Below, one piece after another: positions 46,098 through 54,248 of a stretch of 64,000 nt of DNA. Position numbers and translations under genes: made by a program. Position 1 is the first letter of the stretch. Each line of letters begins with the position of its first letter. Origin of the DNA: Pseudomonadales bacterium (lineage in GTDB: Bacteria; Pseudomonadota; Gammaproteobacteria; Pseudomonadales; Azotimanducaceae); NCBI GenBank assembly GCA_965116165.1, contig OZ220484.1, positions 3,250,090-3,314,089 on the forward strand, read 5' to 3'. The notes below the pieces were generated by a model, which made no database searches, had not been told where the DNA came from, and saw nothing but the letters and a program-made list of their open reading frames with translations.

Positions 46098-46787
46098 ATG
46101 TACCCGAACGCGACCGACCAGCCCGCCGTCGTTCTGCATGCCCGCGCCTATCGGGAAACCAGCCTGCTCGTCAATCTGCTGACCCCCGACCACGGTCGCG
46201 TGGCCGTGGTCGCCAGAGGCGCGCGCAACGCCAGGCGCGGCCACGGATTGCAGCCGTTCTACGAGGGCAATGTCAGTTGGCGCGGTCGCGGCAGCTTGAT
46301 GACCCTGACCCGCTACGATGTGGTCGAAGGCCGCTGGTTGACCGGCAACGCCGTGGCATCCGCCTACTATGTGGCGGAACTCATCATGCGCTTGACTCGG
46401 GAGTGGGAGCCACACCCGCGCCTGTTTGCGGGTGTGCAATGGGTTTTGCGGGGAATCGGCGACAACGCGGGAAACGTGGCATTGGCATCGAGCCTGCGGC
46501 AATTCGAAAAGTTGCTGCTTGAGGAAATCGGGTATGGGTTCGACTTCGTCCGCGATGCGGTAAGCGGCGCGGCCATCGATGCGGCGACCTGGTACCGGTT
46601 GGAACCGGAACGGGGCTTCATCGGTACGGCTCCGAACGAGGGTTTCCGCGGCGGAACACTGCTTGCCATCGACCGGGCCCACTACACCGACCCGGAAACA
46701 CGCCGCGCCGCCCGCCGGATTTTTCGGGACGCACTCGCCACCCGCCTGGGCTCACAACCCTTGCTGAGCCGTCGCTTGCTCCGTTGA
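46098..46787 (+). CDS. recO: DNA repair protein RecO
   Basis: 229 aa at the conserved position after era. N-terminal OB-fold 'AVVLHARAYRETSLLVNLLT'. Confidence 0.85.
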   Translation: MYPNATDQPAVVLHARAYRETSLLVNLLTPDHGRVAVVARGARNARRGHGLQPFYEGNVSWRGRGSLMTLTRYDVVEGRWLTGNAVASAYYVAELIMRLTREWEPHPRLFAGVQWVLRGIGDNAGNVALASSLRQFEKLLLEEIGYGFDFVRDAVSGAAIDAATWYRLEPERGFIGTAPNEGFRGGTLLAIDRAHYTDPETRRAARRIFRDALATRLGSQPLLSRRLLR

Positions 46788-46842
46788 TGCGGGGAGCGCC
46801 GGTTCTCCTCCGATGCGTGACCGCGCACTGATGGGGCGTCAC

Positions 46843-46955
46843 GGTTTGACATTTTAGAAATTCGCCCGCGATGGGCCGAAAAGAAAATATCAAAGTGTTC
46901 TACGGCGTAGACCCCCCAACTCGGCGGAATCCGAAAAATCAAATTAATACAGCAC
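46843..46955 (-). repeat. MITE/REP-like family A, expanded copy A5
   Basis: GGTTTGACATTTT... and ...ACTCGGCGGAATCCGAAAAATCAAATTAATACAGCAC are the two family-A arms, separated by a longer, divergent middle. Confidence 0.6.
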
Positions 46956-47181
46956 CGCGCATTCGCGGCGGATGAGTTTCGCCCGTCGGATCGGTATCAT
47001 CCCCTCTCCACCGTAGGAAAGTCCTGTGGACGTACAACCCACTACGGATCACCTTCGGCACAAAATGGTGAATAAATTGGTACATCAATCCCACATTGAC
47101 GGCGCTTTCATTGGAATTTCGGCGGCGAATATCCACCTTTCGCGCCTACAAGTGCTGTCGGGCTAGGGAGCTTATCGCAAG

Positions 47182-49371
47182 ATGCGCACAGACGCCCCGC
47201 CACAGGTGCCCGTCGATGCGGACGGCGGGGTCGATCCGCAAGCATGGGTGGATAGCCTGTGCGCCGGGCGCAACCATCTTGATCGCCCACGGATTTTGGC
47301 GGCGGCAACGCGTCTACGCGACGACTTCACCGAAAGCCACTTCCATAGTGGGCGGCAATTGGCCGAACTCGTCGCCAGCATGACATTGGATACCGCCTCC
47401 GTGTTGGCGGCGCTTTTCTACTGGCCGGCGCGTCGGGATGCCATCCACGGAGAGCGATTGACGGCGGCGATTGGCGGGGAGGCGGCCAACCTGTGCACCA
47501 CCGTAAACCGACTGGCGGACATCAGCCTGCTCGACTTGACCAGTTCCCGCATGTTGGCCAGCGAGGCCAAGGATCAAACCGCCAATATCCGCCGCATGCT
47601 GGTTGCCCTGATCGACGATGTTCGCGTCGCCGTGCTCAAACTCTCCGAGCGCGTGGTGGCGTTGCGGCTGGCCAAGAACAGCGTTGAGGAACGCAAGACC
47701 CGCATCGCCACGGAAGCCATGACCGTCTTCGTGCCGCTGGCGGAGCGACTCGGCATCTGGCGTTTGAAGTGGGAATTGGAAGACCTCTCGCTGCGCTATC
47801 TTGAGGCGGATGCCTACAAGCGTATCGCCCGACAACTTGATGGACGCCGCAGCGAGCGGGAGGCGAAGGTAAACCAACTCGTCAAAGACCTGCGGGCGAT
47901 GTTCGAGCAACGCGGCATCGACGCTCGGGTGGAGGGTCGCGCCAAACATATCTACAGTGTTTGGCGGAAGATGCGCGTCAAGCATATCCCTATTGACGAA
48001 ATCTACGACGCGCTCGCGGTGCGGGTCATCGTGGCGGATGTGGACCAGTGCTACCTGGTGTTGGGCAAAATTCACACCCGCTGGCGGCATGTTCGCCAGG
48101 AGTTCGACGACTATATCGCGGCGCCCAAGGACAACGGCTACCGGTCGATTCACACCGCGGTGATTGGCGATGCGGGGGAAGTTTTTGAAGTCCAGATCAG
48201 AACCCGGGAGATGCATGACGCCGCGGAACTCGGTGTGTGCGCGCATTGGACCTACAAGGGCCGCGACCAGGAAGACGGCTTTTACGCCGAAAAGGTGGCT
48301 TGGCTGCGCAAGGTGCTGGACTGGCAGGACAGCCTTGGCGGGACGCTGGCCGAGCATTTGACGGCGAATGTGCGGGAAGAACGCATCTTCGTACACACGC
48401 CTAGAGGCCATGTGGTCGATCTGTCCGCGGGCGCCACGCCCCTGGACTTCGCCTATCGTGTCCATACCGAGGTTGGCCACCACTGCGTCGGTGCGCGTGT
48501 CGATGGACATAGGGCACCGCTCAACACGCGGCTCAAGACCGGCCAGTTGGTGCAGATTCAGCGCGACGCCCGCGCCGAGCCCCGCCGCGTCTGGCTCGAC
48601 CCGGCACTCGGCTATGTGCATACCGCGCGGGCGAGAAGCAAGATCCGCAATTGGCTGCGCGTGCGCGGCCCGGAGGTCAATGTGGCGGAGGGCCGGCGTG
48701 AGCTCGAGGGGATGGTGTCCGCCCTCGGGATAGCTCCGCTCTCCGAGAAAGAGGTGTGCGAGGCGGCGGCGGCCCTGCAACTCGATGGTTCGGAGGCTTT
48801 GTATTTTGCGCTGGGCGCCGCGGATTTGTGGATCGTTGACGTTGTGGATCGTTATTTGGTGGGCCGCTTGCGCGGCGCCGGGCGGCAATGCCCGCGGGAA
48901 GCCGCGGAATGGCATGCTTCCGATTCACGCTCGCCGTTTTCGGAAGCCCCGCATACGGGCTTGGCGGACCCCGAGGCGGCGCGCACTGGCCCTGTGGTGG
49001 CCCGGCCTTCGGATTCGGCGGGATCCAGCCCGTTGTCCGCCGGGCCGCTGGTTGTGAAATCCCGCGGCCGGGGTTCGGCAAGTGCGGAATCGATGCATAG
49101 GGCGCAGCGGTATGTTTTGGAGATCAAGGCCGAAGACCGGGAGGGGTTGTGGCGTGATGTCGTCGGCATTCTGAGCGCGCGGGGGCTGTCGCTGGTGGCC
49201 AATGCCGGCCGCGTCGAACCGGGCAGCGGTGTCGCCACACTTGTAATGGAACTTGAATTGCGCCACCTGACCGAGGTGGCGAGGTTGATCATTCAGGTGC
49301 GCGAGGTTGACACTGTCCGCTCCGTGCGCCTCGTTGTTGACCCACAAACGAACGGTGGTGTATCAGTTTGA
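47182..49371 (+). CDS. relA: RelA/SpoT-family (p)ppGpp synthetase
   Basis: Synthetase domain 'DYIAAPKDNGYRSIHTAV', TGS 'VHTPRGHVVDLSAGATPLDFAY', C-terminal ACT. The last five codons and the stop lie inside repeat A6. Confidence 0.88.
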   Translation: MRTDAPPQVPVDADGGVDPQAWVDSLCAGRNHLDRPRILAAATRLRDDFTESHFHSGRQLAELVASMTLDTASVLAALFYWPARRDAIHGERLTAAIGGEAANLCTTVNRLADISLLDLTSSRMLASEAKDQTANIRRMLVALIDDVRVAVLKLSERVVALRLAKNSVEERKTRIATEAMTVFVPLAERLGIWRLKWELEDLSLRYLEADAYKRIARQLDGRRSEREAKVNQLVKDLRAMFEQRGIDARVEGRAKHIYSVWRKMRVKHIPIDEIYDALAVRVIVADVDQCYLVLGKIHTRWRHVRQEFDDYIAAPKDNGYRSIHTAVIGDAGEVFEVQIRTREMHDAAELGVCAHWTYKGRDQEDGFYAEKVAWLRKVLDWQDSLGGTLAEHLTANVREERIFVHTPRGHVVDLSAGATPLDFAYRVHTEVGHHCVGARVDGHRAPLNTRLKTGQLVQIQRDARAEPRRVWLDPALGYVHTARARSKIRNWLRVRGPEVNVAEGRRELEGMVSALGIAPLSEKEVCEAAAALQLDGSEALYFALGAADLWIVDVVDRYLVGRLRGAGRQCPREAAEWHASDSRSPFSEAPHTGLADPEAARTGPVVARPSDSAGSSPLSAGPLVVKSRGRGSASAESMHRAQRYVLEIKAEDREGLWRDVVGILSARGLSLVANAGRVEPGSGVATLVMELELRHLTEVARLIIQVREVDTVRSVRLVVDPQTNGGVSV

Positions 49372-49439
49372 CATTTGCGCGAACCCAACGGTACCTAGGT
49401 CTTGGCTCGGCGGAATCTGAAAAGTCAAAGTGATACACC
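49357..49439 (-). repeat. MITE/REP-like family A, full copy A6
   Basis: GGTGTATCAGTTTGACATTTGCGCGAACCCAACGGTACCTAGGTCTTGGCTCGGCGGAATCTGAAAAGTCAAAGTGATACACC. Imperfect terminal inverted repeats GGTGTATCAnTTTGAC. Overlaps the relA 3' end. Confidence 0.85.
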
Positions 49440-49473
49440 GCCAAACGAACGGCGCATGGGGGGTGGGGGACGC

Positions 49474-50145
49474 ATGAGAATCATACTGCTCGGCCCGCCG
49501 GGCGCCGGCAAGGGCACCCAGGCGGAGGCAATTTGCGCGGCCTTCGCCATACCCCAGATTTCCACCGGGGACATGCTGCGCGCCGCGGTCAATGGGGGAA
49601 CCGAACTCGGCAAGCGGGTGCGGGCCGTGATGGACCGGGGTGATTTGGTTTCCGACGACATCATGATTCGGCTCGTCGAGGAGCGTATTGCCTGTAGCGA
49701 TTGCGGCGGCGGTTTTCTATTCGATGGTTTCCCCCGCACGATAGCCCAGGCGGAAGCGCTTGACGCGGCGGGGGTCGCTGTCGATGCCGTGGTCGAGGTT
49801 GCGGTGCCGGACGAAGAGGTGGTGCGGCGCATTAGCGGGCGGCGTGTGCATCCAGGCAGCGGACGCGTTTACCACATTGCGTTCAATCCCCCCCAAACGC
49901 CCGATATTGACGATGAGACGGGCGAGCCGCTCCTGCAACGGGACGATGATCGAGAGCAAACCGTTCGCGACCGCCTCGCCGTCTACCGGAAGCAAACCCA
50001 TCCGTTGATGGCGCTTTACAAGGCGCGTTCGGGACGGGGCGGCGACAACGCCGCGCCGCGCTATATCGAAGTGGATGGGCTCGGTGCGATGGCCGATGTG
50101 CGGAACAATATTATGAGAGAACTGCGGCGGACGGTCTCTTTATAA
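49474..50145 (+). CDS. adk: Adenylate kinase
   Basis: '[17 protein letters not shown]', '[10 protein letters not shown]'. Start at ATG 49474. The ORF-track N-terminus lies within repeat A6. Confidence 0.93.
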   Translation: MRIILLGPPGAGKGTQAEAICAAFAIPQISTGDMLRAAVNGGTELGKRVRAVMDRGDLVSDDIMIRLVEERIACSDCGGGFLFDGFPRTIAQAEALDAAGVAVDAVVEVAVPDEEVVRRISGRRVHPGSGRVYHIAFNPPQTPDIDDETGEPLLQRDDDREQTVRDRLAVYRKQTHPLMALYKARSGRGGDNAAPRYIEVDGLGAMADVRNNIMRELRRTVSL

Positions 50146-50172
50146 GGAACAGCCGAGCAACCCCGAATTTGC

Positions 50173-50323
50173 TAGCCCGACCTATTCGTGAATGAACGTG
50201 GCGAGGTCGGCAAGGGCGGTGAAAGCACTGGATGCGCGGGGTAAGAGCGCGCGGCGGGAGCACACCCGGTGATTTCTCGGTGCTATTGACGGCCGCAGTA
50301 GTTCATTCATTGAATAGGTCGGG
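50173..50323. repeat. Family B copy B2 with inverted terminal partner (MITE-like, ~150 bp)
   Basis: Left arm TAGCCCGACCTATTCGTGAATGAACGTGGCGAGGTCGGCAAGGGC. Right arm TTCATTCATTGAATAGGTCGGG (50302-50323) is its inverted complement. Fills the adk/moeA convergent gap. Confidence 0.75.
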
Positions 50324-51538
50324 TTAGAGCAGGCCCGTAAACGGGAGTACTTCGACCTGGACACCGGGCTTCAGATCGCCGCTTTCTTTTGGAATTCGGA
50401 TCAGGCAGTTGGCTTCGGTGAACGTGCTCATGCGATTGGAGCCCTGGTTGCCGGTGGTCCTGGCCCAGACCGAGCCCCCGGCATGGGTCGCGATGCCCCG
50501 CTGAAATTCCTCCCGTCCCGGCTTGTGTGCAATGGCCTCCGTCAATTCCGCGCCCACCGCAACGGGTTGCGAGGGCGGCATGCCGCAAAGCGCCTCAATG
50601 GCGGGTCGCGCGATCAGCAGGAAAGTGACGATGGTCGAAACAGGGTTGCCGGGCAGCCCGAGAAAGGCGGCATCGCCCAACCGACCAAAGGCCAGGGGTT
50701 TGCCGGGCTTGAGATTGAGTCGCCAGAAGTCCAGTTCGCCGAGCGTCTCCAGGGTGCCCTTCACCAAATCCGCATCACCCACGGACACGCCGCCGCTGGT
50801 CAGTATCAGACGGCAGCCCCGGCTCGCCCCGGTCAGCGCCTCGGCGACGGCTTCCGCGTCGTCCGGCAAGACGCCCAGATTCGCAACCGTCACGGGCAGG
50901 CGTGCGAGCATGGCCGCCACAGCGAACCGGTTGGAGTCGTAGATTTCCCCGAATCGCAACCCATCACCCGGCTGCCGCAGCTCGTCGCCGGTTGAGAACA
51001 CCGCAATGCGCGGCCGTTTCCATACCGATATGCGGTCGCAACCGCAGGCGGCCAGGGTACCGATGTCAAAAGGATGCAATCGTCGGCCCCGCCGCGCCAC
51101 CACATCGCCCCGGCGCAGATCGTTGCCGGTGGGGCGCACATTGGCACCGATTGGTGGAACCTCCGAGAATCGCACCGCCTTGCCGTGACGCCCGCAGTCC
51201 TCTTGAACGATGACCGTATCGCAACCCTCGGGCAGCGGAGCACCGGTGGTGATGCGCACACACCCCCCCGCGCCAACAGCTTCCTCATAGGGATGGCCGG
51301 CTAAGCTTGAGCCCTGCAAGGTGAGGGATACGCTGTTGGGCCGCCATTGGAACGCAAAACCGTCCATCGCCGACGCCGGGAAGGGCGGCAGGTCCGTGGT
51401 GGAGCGCGCGGGCTCCGCAACCACGCGACCGCAGGCATCGGCCAGGTCGACGGATTCGACCCCCTCCGGGGGCGGCATCCGTGCAATGATCCGGTCCAGG
51501 GCTTCGTCGAGATCAAGTGCTGCCACGGGTTCGATCAT
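50324..51538 (-). CDS. moeA: Molybdopterin molybdotransferase
   Basis: 405 aa from ATG 51538. 'SAMDGFAF', 'TTGAPLPEGCDTVI', 'GGVSVGDADLV', 'LPGNPVS'. Confidence 0.9.
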   Translation of the reverse strand: MIEPVAALDLDEALDRIIARMPPPEGVESVDLADACGRVVAEPARSTTDLPPFPASAMDGFAFQWRPNSVSLTLQGSSLAGHPYEEAVGAGGCVRITTGAPLPEGCDTVIVQEDCGRHGKAVRFSEVPPIGANVRPTGNDLRRGDVVARRGRRLHPFDIGTLAACGCDRISVWKRPRIAVFSTGDELRQPGDGLRFGEIYDSNRFAVAAMLARLPVTVANLGVLPDDAEAVAEALTGASRGCRLILTSGGVSVGDADLVKGTLETLGELDFWRLNLKPGKPLAFGRLGDAAFLGLPGNPVSTIVTFLLIARPAIEALCGMPPSQPVAVGAELTEAIAHKPGREEFQRGIATHAGGSVWARTTGNQGSNRMSTFTEANCLIRIPKESGDLKPGVQVEVLPFTGLL

Positions 51539-51835
51539 ATTCTCGCAAAGTACAGGAACCCGGAACAATCGCCAAGCGGCCAATGTATGGTCCGGCGGCA
51601 ATTCCCGCCAAGCGTGGCAATGCCTGAAAATGGACGCCCAACCAATGCCCGAATGGTCAACTTCGCCGGGCGTTCGCACCCAAACGAATGATCACGCATC
51701 GCTGGCGGGGATTGCTGATGGTCCGGCAATAGGCTTGACGCGACAGCGGATTGCAAGGTGCGCCCGGGCGTTGGGTTCCCTGCATGGATAGATGGCGCAT
51801 AATGCCGGTGTGATGAAATGGGGACGACCGGCGGG

Positions 51836-52516
51836 ATGTCTCGCATTCTAGGCATTGAAACGTCACGCCACCTTTGCTCGGCGGCGGTATTCGTCGACGG
51901 CGTGGTGAGTGGGCGCACTCGTGAGATGCAAAGGGCGCACAACGAACACATTCTTGCGTTGCTTGATGAGACGATGGCCGCGCGGGGGTTGGTTGCGAGC
52001 GACCTCGACGGAGTGGCTTTCGGGTGCGGACCCGGGTCGTTCACCGGTATCCGCATTGCGGCCTCGGTGGCGCAGGCGGTGGCGGTCGGCGCCGACGCTT
52101 TGATATTGCCCATCTCGTCCACATTGGCGTTGGCGAGCGCGGCGTTGGAACGGGAACCAACCATGGGCAACGGCATTGTGGCGAGTATTCGCTCGCGTCG
52201 GGATGCCTGGTATCTCGCCGCATTCACGGTCGCCGACGGCGGGCTGCGCCCGCATCGTCCCGACTGCCTCGCTCAAGCGCATCCCGCCTGGCCCGAAATC
52301 GGCGGTGGCTGGCTGTTCGTGGGCGACCGCCCCGTCTGGCTGCCCGCCGACATTGCCTGCCGCGAGGATGAATGCGCCGACGCCGGCCTAATTGCGCGCC
52401 TGGGCGCGGCGGCCTTTGCCCGGGCAGAGGGTGTTGCGCCCGAGTTCGGCCTGCCGGTTTACTTGGCGCAGGACTCGCCCTGGCGGAAAACGGGCGGAGG
52501 TTCTAGGCGGTTATAG
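51836..52516 (+). CDS. tsaB: tRNA threonylcarbamoyladenosine biosynthesis protein TsaB
   Basis: 'ILGIETS', 'GVAFGCGPGSFTGIRIAASVAQ'. Confidence 0.88.
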   Translation: MSRILGIETSRHLCSAAVFVDGVVSGRTREMQRAHNEHILALLDETMAARGLVASDLDGVAFGCGPGSFTGIRIAASVAQAVAVGADALILPISSTLALASAALEREPTMGNGIVASIRSRRDAWYLAAFTVADGGLRPHRPDCLAQAHPAWPEIGGGWLFVGDRPVWLPADIACREDECADAGLIARLGAAAFARAEGVAPEFGLPVYLAQDSPWRKTGGGSRRL

Positions 52517-52571
52517 GTTGAAACCCTCGCTCTTTCATCTGCCGGGTTTGCCGACGCGCCGCTATGCGGCA

Positions 52572-53210
52572 ATGTTCGAATTGCGCCCGCTGCCGGAACC
52601 GCCGCGGCTGCCGGGCCATCATTTGTGGCTTGATGCGGATGGATTGCGGCTTTGCGACGCAAAGGGCGAATCCAGTGTGGAACTGAACGGGCGGGAGCTC
52701 GCAAGCCGCTCTCGGCAAGCCCTGTTGTTGCACCGGGCGTGCGATGCCTCGAACCGGCCCGAAATCGCCGATCTCATGGCAGGATGGGGTACCGACGGCC
52801 TGTCGTTGGCGATGCGCGGCTGCAAGGTCACACTGGTGGAACGCGCGCCGGTTGTTTGGGCCTTGCTCGACGACTTTGCTGCCCGACTGAGCCTTTCCGC
52901 CACCGTGGTCTTTGCCAGTGCCGAACACTGGTGCCGTACACATCGTCGATCTGTGGATGTCGCCTACCTGGATCCGATGTTTCCGTCGCGCCAGAAAACC
53001 GCTCTGCCCGAGAAACGGTTGCAGGTGCTCCGCGACCTGGCTTGGCGCGGCGGCACCAGCCTTGCCGAACTAATCGACTTGGCCCGCCTGGCCGCACGCC
53101 ACCGGGTGGTGGTCAAGCGACGCGCCAAAGACCCCCCCTGCGGCACCCCGGCCTGGCGGGTTCGTGGCAAGCGGATTCGTTTTGATGTGTACCCGTCCCA
53201 TGTCAAGTAG
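52572..53210 (+). CDS. rsmJ: 16S rRNA (guanine1516-N2)-methyltransferase
   Basis: 'ADLMAGWGTDGLSLAMRGCKVTLVERAPVV', 'VDVAYLDPMFP', 'RVVVKRRAKDP' resemble E. coli RsmJ/YhiQ blocks. Start uncertain (ATG 52572 or TTG 52518). Confidence 0.8.
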   Translation: MFELRPLPEPPRLPGHHLWLDADGLRLCDAKGESSVELNGRELASRSRQALLLHRACDASNRPEIADLMAGWGTDGLSLAMRGCKVTLVERAPVVWALLDDFAARLSLSATVVFASAEHWCRTHRRSVDVAYLDPMFPSRQKTALPEKRLQVLRDLAWRGGTSLAELIDLARLAARHRVVVKRRAKDPPCGTPAWRVRGKRIRFDVYPSHVK

Positions 53211-53222
53211 ATCGGCAATCAT

Positions 53223-53308
53223 GGTGTTGTATCAATTTGACTTTTCGGATTCCGCCGAGCCGAGGCCCGCGCACTGTTCGGTTCGTGCAAATGTCAAACC
53301 GGTACACC
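53223..53308 (+). repeat. MITE/REP-like family A, full copy A7 (reference copy)
   Basis: GGTGTTGTATCAATTTGACTTTTCGGATTCCGCCGAGCCGAGGCCCGCGCACTGTTCGGTTCGTGCAAATGTCAAACCGGTACACC. Confidence 0.85.
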
Positions 53309-53401
53309 ACCGCAATTCCCACTTGAACTGGCGCGGCAGGAAAAGGACACTACAACTTGGTTGTAAACTCGAATGAGAGGTTCCCCAACAGGGAGGCGCA
53401 T

Positions 53402-54103
53402 ATGATGGGCGACATTTATTGGTTGACTTTCCTTTCCGTCCTGTTCGTGGCGCAGCACCTGGGCGTGACCAGCACAGGCCTGCGCGACCGATTGGTGGCA
53501 ATGATCGGCGAGCGTATCTATGTGGCGGTTTACTCCGTGGTTTCGATAGTGGTGCTGGTGTTGTTGGTGCGTACCTACAACACGGCAACGGTTTCGGCGC
53601 TGCTCTGGCCGACCACGGAGGCGCTCCGGCTGGTGCCGCTTATTCTGATGCCGCTGGCGCTGCTGCTGGTGGTCGGCGGCATCCTGACACGCAATCCCAC
53701 ATCGCTCGGCGTGGTGCTTGAGGATGGCGCGGAAGTGCCGGTGGTGGGTGTGATGCGCATCACGCGCCACCCGGTGCAGTGCGGCATTCTGATCTGGTCG
53801 CTAAGCCATTTGCTGGCCAACGGCGATTTGCCGTCGCTGCTCTTCTTCGGTTCCCTCGCGCTGATTTCGGGCTACGGGATGGTGTTGATCGACAAGCGCA
53901 AGGAGCGGGTTTTCGGCGCGGGTTGGGCGGCGTTTTGCGGTGTCACTTCCCTGGTGCCGTTTGCCGCGATCATCGGCGGCCGCCAATCGCTCAATCTTGG
54001 CGAGATTGGTTGGCTGGCGCCGCTGTTGACCGTTGCGCTATTCCTGCTGCTGTGGTGGGGCCATGTTTGGGTGTCGGGGGTGTCGGTCGGGATGGGCTGG
54101 TGA
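53402..54103 (+). CDS. NnrU family membrane protein
   Basis: 'ITRHPVQCGILIWSLSHLLANGD' is a hallmark of NnrU. GGGAGG lies 5 nt upstream of ATG 53402. Confidence 0.8.
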   Translation: MMGDIYWLTFLSVLFVAQHLGVTSTGLRDRLVAMIGERIYVAVYSVVSIVVLVLLVRTYNTATVSALLWPTTEALRLVPLILMPLALLLVVGGILTRNPTSLGVVLEDGAEVPVVGVMRITRHPVQCGILIWSLSHLLANGDLPSLLFFGSLALISGYGMVLIDKRKERVFGAGWAAFCGVTSLVPFAAIIGGRQSLNLGEIGWLAPLLTVALFLLLWWGHVWVSGVSVGMGW

Positions 54104-54248
54104 TGCGGGAGGGCGTGCTTGGGTTGACGCAAGCCAGCCGGCGAGGTCGGGGGTGCTGGTTGGGATGGGCTGGTGATGCAGGATAGAGGCAGCGTCGGCA
54201 AGCCTGTTGCACTGGCGCCTGCGAATCCGCGCGTGCCGGGTGATGGGC

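Noticed and set aside
44694-46682. 662-aa minus-strand ORF spanning rnc, era and recO
   Set aside because: It is antisense to three well-supported, motif-bearing genes. Its composition is Arg/Ala/Gly-rich and motif-free.
46881-46892. Shared 12-mer GAAAATATCAAA between repeat A5 and the C3/C4 spacer (56927-56938)
   Set aside because: A single 12-nt match is expected many times by chance in 64 kb on two strands, and there is no extended similarity.
47314-48915. 533-aa minus-strand ORF inside relA
   Set aside because: It is antisense to a clearly recognisable RelA/SpoT gene and has no motifs.
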